Made by a program: the position numbers and the translations under genes
Shown: positions 46,068-55,171 of the stretch, piece after piece
Layout: each line of letters opens with the position of its first letter
Numbering within the stretch: position 1 is the first letter of the stretch
From: Truepera sp.
Lineage (GTDB): Bacteria; Deinococcota; Deinococci; Deinococcales; Trueperaceae
Assembly: GCA_965218435.1 (NCBI GenBank)
Contig: CBDCKW010000009.1
Span: 3,799,575-3,863,574, forward strand
DNA length: 64,000 nt
Reading direction: 5' to 3'
The notes under the pieces: model-generated
Databases searched by the model: none
Seen by the model: the letters and a program-made list of their open reading frames with translations, nothing else
What the model was told of the DNA's origin: nothing

Positions 46068-46529
46068 TCAGGCGGCGGCGGGCTCTGCGCCCACTCCTTT
46101 ATTATGCGGGGTTGCCCCACTCCGCGCAACCCCCACCAGCACGATGGTAATCAGGGTGAACGCGGTCAGCGCGAGGAGCGGAATGGTGATAAACCCGAGC
46201 CAGTTGATGTACTCCTGTGAGCAAGGAACCCCTGAGCGGCAGATACTCGGCGCACGAAATCCCGGTACTTTTTGCTCGAGATAATGAAACGTCGAAACGC
46301 CCATCCCTAAAACGGATAACGGTAACGCGTAGCGGACGATACCCTGGTCCTGCCGGTACGAAGCGATACCTAACAAAAGCACGAGCGGGTACATCAGCAC
46401 GCGCTGATACCAGCAAAGGGCGCACGGGATAAAAAACCGTACCTCGCTAAAGTATAAGCTCCCGGCGGTGGCGATGATGGCGACGAGCCACGCGGCGTAG
46501 AGGCCGAAACCGCGAAAAAAGCCCTTCAC
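46068..46529 (-). CDS. Disulfide bond formation protein B (BdbC-type)
   Basis: CALCWYQR motif, four TM helices and a second Cys pair (C..GVPC). The GTG start is 3 nt after the upstream stop. Confidence 0.8.
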   Translation of the reverse strand: MKGFFRGFGLYAAWLVAIIATAGSLYFSEVRFFIPCALCWYQRVLMYPLVLLLGIASYRQDQGIVRYALPLSVLGMGVSTFHYLEQKVPGFRAPSICRSGVPCSQEYINWLGFITIPLLALTAFTLITIVLVGVARSGATPHNKGVGAEPAAA

Positions 46530-46532
46530 GGT

Positions 46533-47207
46533 CTAGTTCGCCGCGGCGTTTTCGACAGCCGTCTGGATGGCGTCAAACTGAAAGTCCTCGAGCCGTGTGC
46601 CATTTACAAAAATTGAGGGCGTCCCCTGAACTCCGGCAGCGTCGCCCATGGCACGGTCGGCCGCGACCTGCTCGGCGTAGGTTTTATCGGCAGTGCAGCT
46701 CTGCAGCGCGTCGGCGTTAACGTCGGGCAAGTTGTCACGGGCAACCCCGGCTAAAAAGGCGGGCGTCGCCCATTCTTCGCTTTCAGGACCTTGCGAGCGG
46801 AACAAGTAGGTTTTATAATCCCAAAAAGCTTGTGGACTTTGGTCAAAGACGCATTCGCCCGCGAGCGCCGCCGTCGTCGAATCAGGGCCGATAAAAGGAT
46901 AATTGATGAAGTAAAAGCGCACCTGTCCCGTATCAACGAGGTTGCGTTTGACCTCGGGAAAGACGTTCTCGTCGAAAAAGCGGCAAGTAGGACACTTGAA
47001 ATCTTCAAACGCTACGATTTCAACCGGAGCGTCCGCTTGGCCGAGCATCGGCTGACCCTCAACGTTGATCTCGCTACTGACAGTCGTCGCCGTGCGCGTC
47101 GGCGCAACTTGGCGGTAGACGATAAAACCGACTAAAGCGAGCGCCAAAACGATCAGGGTCACGAGCGTCAGCTGCTGCGCGGTGCGGGTGGTACGTGGAG
47201 TAGACAT
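46533..47207 (-). CDS. Membrane-anchored DsbA-family thiol:disulfide oxidoreductase (BdbD-like)
   Basis: N-terminal TM anchor and FKCPTC CxxC active site. Confidence 0.8.
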   Translation of the reverse strand: MSTPRTTRTAQQLTLVTLIVLALALVGFIVYRQVAPTRTATTVSSEINVEGQPMLGQADAPVEIVAFEDFKCPTCRFFDENVFPEVKRNLVDTGQVRFYFINYPFIGPDSTTAALAGECVFDQSPQAFWDYKTYLFRSQGPESEEWATPAFLAGVARDNLPDVNADALQSCTADKTYAEQVAADRAMGDAAGVQGTPSIFVNGTRLEDFQFDAIQTAVENAAAN

Positions 47208-47537
47208 ATCTTTAAGTATAAAGGCTATGGATGAAAGCGGTGTGCCCTTTTTGGCCGGATTCCAGGTTCTGCTGACACTTCAAAACCAGCTGGAGGCGTT
47301 TGCAGTGCATCCTGTAGAAGTAAGAATCCAGAGTAAAGAATTGAGAAGTTGCTGGCCCGACCGAAAGAACAGTGTTTCTCACGTGCTTAAGGTGTGATGG
47401 CCCAAGCAAATATCAGCACGACACAGTCGGCCGGGGGCTGAAGGTCGTTCAGACGAAGCTGGAATTAAGAAGTCAGAATCCAGAATGTAAAAACTTTTGG
47501 CAACACGCTCGAGCCGTCTCCCAGTTCTGCTAAACCT

Positions 47538-47762
47538 CTAGCGGGCAGTCTGCGTGTTGAGCGACGCGGTGTAGCCTTCTTCTTCGACCGCGTACAGCAT
47601 CGTCTGAACGTCGGCGGCTCCCTCGACCGTCGCTTGACCGGCAGCGAGGTCAACTTCGGCTTTATCAACGCCGGGGGTACGCTCGAGCGCCCCCTGAACC
47701 ACCTTGACGCAGTGGTCACAGGTCATGCCTTCGATGTTAAGTTTCGTTTGGTAGGTTGCCAT
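47538..47762 (-). CDS. copZ: Heavy-metal-associated (CopZ-like) metallochaperone
   Basis: GMTCDHCV metal-binding motif. 74 aa. AGGAG lies 8 nt upstream of the ATG. Confidence 0.85.
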   Translation of the reverse strand: MATYQTKLNIEGMTCDHCVKVVQGALERTPGVDKAEVDLAAGQATVEGAADVQTMLYAVEEEGYTASLNTQTAR

Positions 47763-48020
47763 AGTCGAGTCTCCTTTTTACGTTAGTTTAGCATTTCCAT
47801 GAGAGGTTGCCACAAGTATCATCGCAGAATGTACGTGCTGGTCAGCTGAAATTAGATTGAGAGCGTTGCCGACCAGATGATACCTGCTAGTTTTACAGCT
47901 GCAGCGCGTTGCAAGGAAGAAGTTAGGATACAGCATTCAGAATCTGTCAGCTTACCAGAGAAAGAGAGCAGACTTTCACGCGCTTGAAACATAAAGGTAA
48001 AAAGCTTTAGCATAACCCAG

Positions 48021-49193
48021 TTATCCGAGCCCGCGTTCTCTTGCCCAGACGATGACCTCAGCGCGGGTGTGAAGGCCGAGTTTTTCGTAAATGCTCGAGA
48101 TGTAGTTGCGCACCGTTTGCGTGGCGAGCCCGAGTTCGCTGCCGATGGTGTCGTTGTTTGAGCCCTTGGCGACGTAGCTTAAAACCTGCCGTTCGCGGGC
48201 GGTCAGTTCGTCAATACCGGTTCGGTCAACGTCGCCTGAACGCAGCTGCGCGAGCCGTTCGACGACCGAACGGCTAAACCAGGTGGCGTCGTTCATCACC
48301 TCTTCGATAGCCCGCATCAGCTGCGCTTCGCTCTGTTTACGCTCGGTTACGTCAATAAAGATGTCGAGCTGACACGCCTCGTTGTCCACGTCAATGATTT
48401 CGCTGGCGACCATGACCGAGAGCACCTCGCCCCCTTTTTTACGAATCTCCATCTCGCGGAGCGGGACCGGGACGCCGCGCCGGAGCTGCGCTAAGGTGCG
48501 TTCACGTCCGGGCCGGTCAACGTAGAGTTCGATCTCGGTCAGCGTACGCCCGACGACCTCCTCACGCGTGTACCCGGTCAGCGACAAAAAGCTCTCGTTG
48601 ACGTTGAGGTAGCACTTGTCGGTTAAGCGGACGATAACAGTTGGGGCGGGGCTCGAGCTAAACGCCTTGTAAAACCTATCTTCGGAGCGCCGCAGCGCCT
48701 CAGTCCGCTCTTCGACGCGTTTTTCCAACGTTTCGTACGAGGCTCTAAGCTCTTCATCCTGCGCCAGCCGCTGCGTTTCGTCACGGATAATTTTGGCAAA
48801 CCCGCGCAACTGCTCCGGCTGCTCTTTGTCGACCAGCGCGACCAGCACGCCGTTAACCCAAAGACGCGAGCCGTCTTTGCGGACGTGCCAGCGGTCGTCC
48901 TCTGAGCGTCCGGTTTGAGCTGCTTGCTCGAGCTCGTGTTGCGGCGCTCCCGTGGCGCGGTCTTCGGGGGTAAAGATAAGGTCTATCGCCTGACCTATTA
49001 CCTCAGCACTGCAGTACCCAAGGGTTTCTTGTGCACCTAAATTCCACGAGTCGATCCTGCCGTCCGTATCGGTGGTAAAAACGGCGTAATCTTTGAGGTT
49101 TTCAACCAGAAGCCGGTAGCGTTCTTCTTGTTCCAAGACGCGCTTCCGACTGTCGTTTTCTTGCACCATCTGCTCCCTTATGTCGGTAACCAC
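48021..49193 (-). CDS. Dual-PAS LuxR-family transcriptional regulator
   Basis: Two PAS-like blocks, and the C-terminal LTARERQVLSYVAKGSNNDTIGSELGLATQTVRNYISSIYEKLG (LuxR/FixJ HTH). Confidence 0.85.
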   Translation of the reverse strand: MVTDIREQMVQENDSRKRVLEQEERYRLLVENLKDYAVFTTDTDGRIDSWNLGAQETLGYCSAEVIGQAIDLIFTPEDRATGAPQHELEQAAQTGRSEDDRWHVRKDGSRLWVNGVLVALVDKEQPEQLRGFAKIIRDETQRLAQDEELRASYETLEKRVEERTEALRRSEDRFYKAFSSSPAPTVIVRLTDKCYLNVNESFLSLTGYTREEVVGRTLTEIELYVDRPGRERTLAQLRRGVPVPLREMEIRKKGGEVLSVMVASEIIDVDNEACQLDIFIDVTERKQSEAQLMRAIEEVMNDATWFSRSVVERLAQLRSGDVDRTGIDELTARERQVLSYVAKGSNNDTIGSELGLATQTVRNYISSIYEKLGLHTRAEVIVWARERGLG

Positions 49194-49279
49194 CCACCGG
49201 ATTCACTGTAGCGGACGTTTGCCCCCATAACAAGAAGCTTTTGTCCTAAGTTAGAACAGCTATTTGAACTTGTCACGGG

Positions 49280-49888
49280 TTAGCCTTCGCCGCCCGCCGG
49301 GTGATGGTCAAGCCCTTCGTAGGCTTCCATAAAGGCGTTGATCCGGGCGGGGTCGAGCTCATCAAAGGTCTCGAGCCGACCCCACGCGGTTAGCGCGTAG
49401 TGTGCGCTCAGGTCTTTACGCGGCGCAATCACCACGCGGCGGTAGCGACTCGCGTCGTAGGCGTTCTCGAGCTCCTCAACTTGCGCTTGATTTTCTGCCG
49501 GTGTCCCGGCTTGGTACCACAAGATAACGCCCGCGTCTTCTAAGTTATGAACGAGCAGAGGGTCGGGTTGAACCTCGGTATACGCGCCCCAACCCGCCGT
49601 GTAAGGCAGGTGCGGCCCCGAGGTCGGCGGATTCGAGTTGTAGGTAGGCGTCGCGCCTTCGCCGATATGTGCGTTGCCTAAACTGCGAAAATGTTCTCCG
49701 GGAAGCCGTGACTGCCGGTAGCTGTTGATGCCAACAGGCGTAGCGATCAGAAGCGCCAGCCCCGCGCCGATAAGCCACGGTGTCAGCGAACGTTTCTGCG
49801 GCTGTTGAGGGCTTTTTGGCTGCACCTTAGGTTTTGTTCTAGCTTTTTTCGTTGACCTTTTCGCAGTTATTTTTTTCTCCGTTGCCAT
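49280..49888 (-). CDS. DUF3105-domain membrane-anchored protein
   Basis: Lys-rich N-terminus, one TM, and the NPPTSGPH...HNLEDAGVILWY pattern typical of DUF3105. Confidence 0.6.
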   Translation of the reverse strand: MATEKKITAKRSTKKARTKPKVQPKSPQQPQKRSLTPWLIGAGLALLIATPVGINSYRQSRLPGEHFRSLGNAHIGEGATPTYNSNPPTSGPHLPYTAGWGAYTEVQPDPLLVHNLEDAGVILWYQAGTPAENQAQVEELENAYDASRYRRVVIAPRKDLSAHYALTAWGRLETFDELDPARINAFMEAYEGLDHHPAGGEG

Positions 49889-50021
49889 ACGCTAATTTAC
49901 CCTGCGACACTGAGAAAAGCTGTTACTTTAACAGCGCCGGGTTCAGCTTATAGGCTTCCTGCTTATCACGTCAGCTAACGGAGCCGTTAAGACGCTAAGC
50001 TAACCAGTAAGAGGTGACACG

Positions 50022-51017
50022 ATGACTCAAGCCACAACCTTCCGCGCTTTCCGAATCGAAAAGTCAGGAGAGACGTTCTCTCGAGGTGTAAAGACGCTCG
50101 CTCAGAACACCCTGCCGGACGGTGACCTGACCGTACAGGTCGCCTATTCGTCCCTCAACTACAAAGACGCACTTTCGGCGACCGGCAACCCCGGCGTCAC
50201 CAAAACCTACCCACATACGCCTGGGATTGACGCGGCTGGAACCGTGCTAACGAGCCGCGACGCACGTTTTAACGTTGGCGACGAAGTGATCGTCACTTCT
50301 TATGACCTCGGGATGAATACACCGGGGGGCTTCGGCGAGCTGATCCGCGTCCCGGCGGCGTGGGCCGTGCCGCTCCCGGCGGGGTTGTCGCTTCGTGAAG
50401 CGATGGTTTTGGGAACAGCCGGACTGACTGCAGGGCTCTGTTTAGACGCGCTCTTAAACCACGGTCTGATGCCGGAGGACGGGCCGGTCGTGGTGACGGG
50501 CGCGTCGGGCGGCGTCGGTAGTGTGGCGGTGGCGCTCCTTGCGCGGGCAGGGTTTCAAACCGTGGCGAGTACCGGGACCGAGGCGGCGCACGGCTGGCTC
50601 AGAGACCTCGGCGCAGCGGCGATCAGCCCACGCGCTGAGCTTTCTGCGCCGTCACCCAAACCGCTGCTCAAAGCGCAGTTTGCCGGGGCGATAGATACGG
50701 TTGGCGGCGAGGTATTGACGAACGTCGTCAAGTCGCTGAGCTACCGGGGCGCGGCGGCGGCGTGTGGCCTGGTGGCGGGGCCGGAACTGTCTCTAAGCGT
50801 CTACCCGTTTATCTTGCGCGGGGTGAGTCTCCTCGGAATTGACTCGGCAGAGTGTCCGATGAAGGTGCGACGAGGGGTGTGGGAAAAGCTGGCCGGTGAA
50901 TGGAAGGTTGACCTGACGGGCGTTACGCGTGAGGTCACATTAGACGAGCTGAGCGGCGTGATTGACGAGATTTTAGCAGGGCAGACGCAGGGCCGGATCG
51001 TGGTCAAGGTGAGTTAG
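50022..51017 (+). CDS. YhdH/YhfP-family quinone oxidoreductase (acrylyl-CoA-reductase-like MDR)
   Basis: VAYSSLNYKDALS...PHTPGIDAAGTV and VTGASGGVGS motifs. Confidence 0.85.
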   Translation: MTQATTFRAFRIEKSGETFSRGVKTLAQNTLPDGDLTVQVAYSSLNYKDALSATGNPGVTKTYPHTPGIDAAGTVLTSRDARFNVGDEVIVTSYDLGMNTPGGFGELIRVPAAWAVPLPAGLSLREAMVLGTAGLTAGLCLDALLNHGLMPEDGPVVVTGASGGVGSVAVALLARAGFQTVASTGTEAAHGWLRDLGAAAISPRAELSAPSPKPLLKAQFAGAIDTVGGEVLTNVVKSLSYRGAAAACGLVAGPELSLSVYPFILRGVSLLGIDSAECPMKVRRGVWEKLAGEWKVDLTGVTREVTLDELSGVIDEILAGQTQGRIVVKVS

Positions 51018-51490
51018 AGGGGCTCGAGTTCATCCCCCACACGCACTTCACCCTCTTCGATAATTCTTGCTAACAGACCGCCGTGCCCACGCACCGCGTT
51101 ATAGCCTCCCGGCCCGAGCGCCTCTTCCATCCGTGAACACGGGTGGCATAAACCCGCACCTTCAAAGACGGCCTTACCGATCCGAAACCGCCGTTCTTTA
51201 AGGGCGAGCAAGTTGACGCCCGACACGACGAGGTTGCGCCGGAGCTGTTCAGGAGTAGCCTCACCGCTAGTGAGTGCGCTAATCACCGGTAGATGTTCGG
51301 CTTGAATCAGGGTGACCTGCCGCGCTGACGCCGAAGCGCGTTTACTGCGGTGGTCGCCCGCCAAGCCACGCCCCGGCAAGGCGAGTGTGTGCTCTACGCG
51401 TACCGGCGGGGTGCGCCGTTCGGGGCGCACCAGGATTAGCTCGAGCCTGCCCCTTTGCGGCAACGTGTTGAGTAAGGTTTGAACCGTCAC
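51014..51490 (-). CDS. MOSC-domain protein
   Basis: GLAGDHR...VTLIQAEH...GLCHPCSRME pattern, including the conserved Cys. 158 aa. Confidence 0.65.
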   Translation of the reverse strand: MTVQTLLNTLPQRGRLELILVRPERRTPPVRVEHTLALPGRGLAGDHRSKRASASARQVTLIQAEHLPVISALTSGEATPEQLRRNLVVSGVNLLALKERRFRIGKAVFEGAGLCHPCSRMEEALGPGGYNAVRGHGGLLARIIEEGEVRVGDELEPL

Positions 51491-51550
51491 CTTCTAATTG
51501 TAGCGCAGACTATGATGAAGGGGTGGGTCAGAACTGCAAGGAATAAGCCG

Positions 51551-51879
51551 TGGGGTCCCGGCTCGAGCTCGTTTGCGGCAACCTTACGGTGTGCCGAACC
51601 GGAGAAGCTGACGCGCGTTCGCCGTTTGCCTACCCGTTTTGTCATTTACACCGTCGGTCCGGCTTGGTGGTCACGCAGACGAAGACAACCTGCTCGCCAG
51701 CTGTTACCGTAGTGTGTTTGGGGTTGCGGCCGAGGACGGCCTGCGTTCGCTGGCATTTGCATCTATCAGCACGGGCGGCTATGGACTCTCTCGCATACAG
51801 CGCGGCCTGCACTAAGAGAGGTTTGGACAGGGCTCAGGGCCAACTCTCAGCTAGAGTAGGTCAAGGCTTTCTGCTTTAG
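51551..51879 (+). pseudogene. Decayed macro-domain (YmdB/O-acetyl-ADP-ribose-deacetylase-like) gene: N-terminally truncated, with at least one and probably two frameshifts
   Basis: Frame A reads LPTRFVIYTVGPAWW. After a +1 shift near 51668 the next frame reads GHADEDNLLASCYRSVFGVAAEDGLRSLAFASISTGGYG and then hits a stop at 51813. A third frame continues with DSLAYSAAC. The order matches LPAK.VIHTVGPVW.GG..E..LL..CY.....A.......S.AFP.ISTG.YG.P...AA. Confidence 0.65.
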
Positions 51880-51910
51880 TGACCGTTTCAGTGGCTATTT
51901 TAGTGACCGT
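51875..51910 (+). promoter_or_regulatory. Two perfect 12-bp direct repeats upstream of the S8 protease gene
   Basis: TTTAGTGACCGT at 51875-51886 and 51899-51910 (24-bp period), 43 bp upstream of the ATG. Confidence 0.4.
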
Positions 51911-51952
51911 GATTTTAAGCGTCTACCAAGACGCTCTACAAATGGAGGCAAG

Positions 51953-54271
51953 ATGAAACGATTTTGGTTGATAGTACTGCTACTTACTGCACTTCTTACG
52001 GTGCTCCTCGGCGCGTGTCGGCGCAATGTGGCACCTGTGGCCCCTGTTGTGGGGACGCTCGAGCTCACCGTCGCCGGGTTACCGGCTGGGACGGCCGCGG
52101 CGGTTTCGGTCACCGGCCCAAACGGGTTCGCTCAGAGTTTGACGCAGAGTGGTTCACTCGTCCGCTTGGCTCCCGGCGCGTATTCTGTGAGTGCGACACC
52201 GGTCACGCGCGCGGCAGAAACCTATACCGCTGCCGTCAGCGGGTCACCCGCGACCGTTGCTGCAGGTGCGACGACGCCGGTGACGGTGACCTACGCAGTC
52301 GGGCGCGGTGCGGGCGGCGCGGTCTCCGGAACGGTCAGTATTGTCGGAGCCGGGGCTGGGGCCGACGCCCCGTTTGTTCCGGGTGAAGTCATTGTTAAGT
52401 TCAAACCGGGATTAGGTGAGCAAGCGTTGCGTGCACAGGCGCTCACGGGAGTGCTCGAGCCCGTTCGTGACCTGCCCCTCAAAGATGTGGGTCTTTACCG
52501 CGCCTCACCCTCGCTACGTGCGCAAAGTACCGATCTCAAAACCGATACCTTGAACCTGGTCGCGCAGCTTTCAGCCAGGGACGATGTGCTCTACGCCACG
52601 CCGAACTATCTGCTCTCAGCGACTGCCGAACCCAACGACCCGCTTTACGCGCAGCAGTGGCACCTCCGCGCCATCAACTTGCCCGCGGCTTGGGACCAGA
52701 CCACCGGCTCAGCGAACGTGACGGTGGCGATTATTGACAGCGGCGTCGTCACCACACACCCCGACCTCGCGGATAAGCTCTTGCCCGGTTACGATTTTGT
52801 CAATAGTTCTGATTCCGGCGACGGTGACGGGCGCGACGGCGACCCCACCGATCCTCGGGGTATCTCGCACGGCACGCACGTAGCCGGAACCGTCGGGGCT
52901 GCGACGGACAACGGTCTCGGCGTCGCGGGGGTGAGTTGGGGAGCCCGCATCTTGCCGGTACGGGTTCTGGGTACTGATGATAACGGTGACGCGAACGGCA
53001 CCCTCGCGGACGCGATTGACGGCATCCTGTGGAGCGTGGGCGAGCGTGTACCGGGTGTACCCAGCAACCCTAACCCCGCCGACGTGCTGAACTTAAGTCT
53101 CGGCGGTCCCTTTTTGTGTAGTGAGGCCGAAGCACTGCAAGACGCGTTTGACCGGGCCAACGCCGCCGGTGCGGTGGTTGTCGTGGCCGCCGGCAATGAC
53201 AACGATGACGCCAGCAACTACACGCCTGCAAGCTGCGGCAACGTCATCGCGGTAGGAGCGACGACGATTGAGAACAAACGCGCCCGCTACTCGAACTATG
53301 GCGTACGGGTTGACGTGATGGCTCCGGGAGGCGATACGAGCACCGACATCAACAAAGACGGTGAACCCGACGGCGTGCTGAGTACGGTGCGCCCGAGCGC
53401 CGCCGGTAACGACGGCTACGCCTACTTTAACGGCACCTCGATGGCCTCACCACACGTGGCCGGGGTTGCCGCCCTCTTAAAAGGGGTGCGACCTTCGCTA
53501 AGCACCGCTGACGTGCGTGACATTTTGACCGCTACTGCAACGCCGCTTACCGATAGCTCTTGTAGACCCGGTTGCGGTGCAGGGCTGATCAACGCGGCGG
53601 CGGCTCTGGCCACGCTCGCCACGCCCGTCGAACCCGACTTTGCCCTCTCGCTCTCACCTGCGGCAGTGTCTCTCAGCGCCGACGCGCCGACGGACGTCAC
53701 GGTGCTCGTCTCGCGCTCGGGGGACCTGGCAGGTGCCGTGGCCTTTAGTATCTCCGGCTTACCGGGCGGCTTAAGCGCGAGCTTTGCGCCGTCGTCCACC
53801 ACGGGTGACAGTGTGCAGCTGACCCTGACAGCCGCTGCTGATCTCAGCGGTAAGTACACGTTACAGGTACAAGGCGTCAGCGGCAGCGTCAGCAAAACCG
53901 TACCACTCAGCGTGTCGGTAGCGGGGAAAAAACCGCCGGAACCCACAGTAGATATTGCAGGGACTTACGTGTTCGCTTGCCCCGTTTCGAACACCAAATG
54001 TACCGTGAGCAAGCTTCCGTTTACCCAGATCGAAACGGGCGGCCTCAGCGCCGACTATACGATTCCGAACGTACCCGCTGGGAACTATCATGTCTTCGGT
54101 TGGAATGACCTAAACGGTAATGGGATAGTTGACAACGGCGAGCCCTTCGGTTCATTTCCAACTTCGGGAACGCCGCAGGTTATCAATCCACCGGTAAGCG
54201 GCGTCAACCTTACACTGGTGCCCGCGTTAGGAACGCAGGCTCGATTTAACAAGCTCCTGCAGGGGCGTTAG
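51953..54271 (+). CDS. Secreted S8 (subtilisin-family) serine protease lipoprotein with C-terminal beta-rich domains
   Basis: Lipobox LLGAC. Catalytic triad contexts VAIIDSGV (Asp), HGTHVAGT (His) and GTSMASPHVAG (Ser). TGGAGG upstream. Confidence 0.9.
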   Translation: MKRFWLIVLLLTALLTVLLGACRRNVAPVAPVVGTLELTVAGLPAGTAAAVSVTGPNGFAQSLTQSGSLVRLAPGAYSVSATPVTRAAETYTAAVSGSPATVAAGATTPVTVTYAVGRGAGGAVSGTVSIVGAGAGADAPFVPGEVIVKFKPGLGEQALRAQALTGVLEPVRDLPLKDVGLYRASPSLRAQSTDLKTDTLNLVAQLSARDDVLYATPNYLLSATAEPNDPLYAQQWHLRAINLPAAWDQTTGSANVTVAIIDSGVVTTHPDLADKLLPGYDFVNSSDSGDGDGRDGDPTDPRGISHGTHVAGTVGAATDNGLGVAGVSWGARILPVRVLGTDDNGDANGTLADAIDGILWSVGERVPGVPSNPNPADVLNLSLGGPFLCSEAEALQDAFDRANAAGAVVVVAAGNDNDDASNYTPASCGNVIAVGATTIENKRARYSNYGVRVDVMAPGGDTSTDINKDGEPDGVLSTVRPSAAGNDGYAYFNGTSMASPHVAGVAALLKGVRPSLSTADVRDILTATATPLTDSSCRPGCGAGLINAAAALATLATPVEPDFALSLSPAAVSLSADAPTDVTVLVSRSGDLAGAVAFSISGLPGGLSASFAPSSTTGDSVQLTLTAAADLSGKYTLQVQGVSGSVSKTVPLSVSVAGKKPPEPTVDIAGTYVFACPVSNTKCTVSKLPFTQIETGGLSADYTIPNVPAGNYHVFGWNDLNGNGIVDNGEPFGSFPTSGTPQVINPPVSGVNLTLVPALGTQARFNKLLQGR

Positions 54272-54307
54272 AGCACATTTAAGGCTCCATAACCTCAGTC
54301 TAAAGGC

Positions 54308-54352
54308 GGAGAGGCTTTGTAACCCTAGCAAGGGTGAGCAGCCTCTCCTTTT
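54308..54352 (+). terminator. Hairpin plus T-tract after the protease gene
   Basis: GGAGAGGCT (54308-54316) pairs with AGCCTCTCC (54340-54348), followed by TTTT. The loop is large. Confidence 0.5.
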
Positions 54353-54406
54353 GCTAGCGTAGCCTCAGACCCACTAAGGGGCCGCCTATTCTGAAGGAGG
54401 AACACG

Positions 54407-55003
54407 ATGGCTTTTGAAGCAACCCCACTCCCGTATCCGAACGACGCGCTCGAGCCCAACATTGACGCGCAGACGATGGAAATCCATCACGATAAGCACT
54501 ACGGCACCTACACGACCAAACTTAACAGCGCGGTCGAAGGGACCGAACTCGAGAACCTTTCGATTGAAGACATCCTCGCCAAAGGTGCCGACGCGCTGCC
54601 TGCAGCCGTCCGCAACAACGGCGGCGGTTACTACAACCACGGCCTCTTTTGGGAGTGGCTGAGCCCACAAGGGGGCGGCGAACCGAGCGGCGAGTTGGGC
54701 GAGGCCATCGCTCGAGACTTCGGCTCGTTCGACTCGTTTAAGGAAAAGTTCGCCGACGCCGCTGCCACCCGCTTCGGTTCCGGCTGGGCGTGGCTCGTTT
54801 CTGACGGGGGCACGCTCTCAATTATGAGCACCCCAAACCAAGACAGCCCCATCATGGAGGGCAAACACGCCGTGCTGGGCCTTGACGTATGGGAGCACGC
54901 GTACTACCTCAAATATCAGAACAAACGCCCCGACTATATCAGCGCGTTTTGGAACGTTGTCAACTGGGACAAGGTAAACGAACTCTACGCTCAGACGAAG
55001 TAA
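54407..55003 (+). CDS. sodA: Fe/Mn superoxide dismutase
   Basis: [16 protein letters not shown] and DVWEHAYYL motifs. GGAGG upstream. Confidence 0.95.
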   Translation: MAFEATPLPYPNDALEPNIDAQTMEIHHDKHYGTYTTKLNSAVEGTELENLSIEDILAKGADALPAAVRNNGGGYYNHGLFWEWLSPQGGGEPSGELGEAIARDFGSFDSFKEKFADAAATRFGSGWAWLVSDGGTLSIMSTPNQDSPIMEGKHAVLGLDVWEHAYYLKYQNKRPDYISAFWNVVNWDKVNELYAQTK

Positions 55004-55023
55004 ATCCGTTTTTAGCTAAGGCT

Positions 55024-55052
55024 GCGCCGGACAACTGTCCGGCGCATTTTTT
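55024..55052 (+). terminator. Intrinsic terminator of sodA
   Basis: GCGCCGGA (55024-55031) pairs with TCCGGCGC (55038-45), followed by ATTTTTT. Confidence 0.8.
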
Positions 55053-55093
55053 GTAGCTACCCGTTGGTTGACGCTTAGCTGAAAAGGAGATGT

Positions 55094-55112
55094 TAGGGTT
55101 GCGTAGGGTTGC
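55094..55112 (+). repeat. Tandem 9-bp direct repeat upstream of the nuclease gene
   Basis: TAGGGTTGC at 55094 and 55104 (10-bp period). A TTGACC -35-like hexamer is at 55133. Confidence 0.6.
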
Positions 55113-55171
55113 TGGCCGAATAGATAGCGTTGTTGACCGAAACTTGCTTGCGACTCACTAAGGAGAACTAG

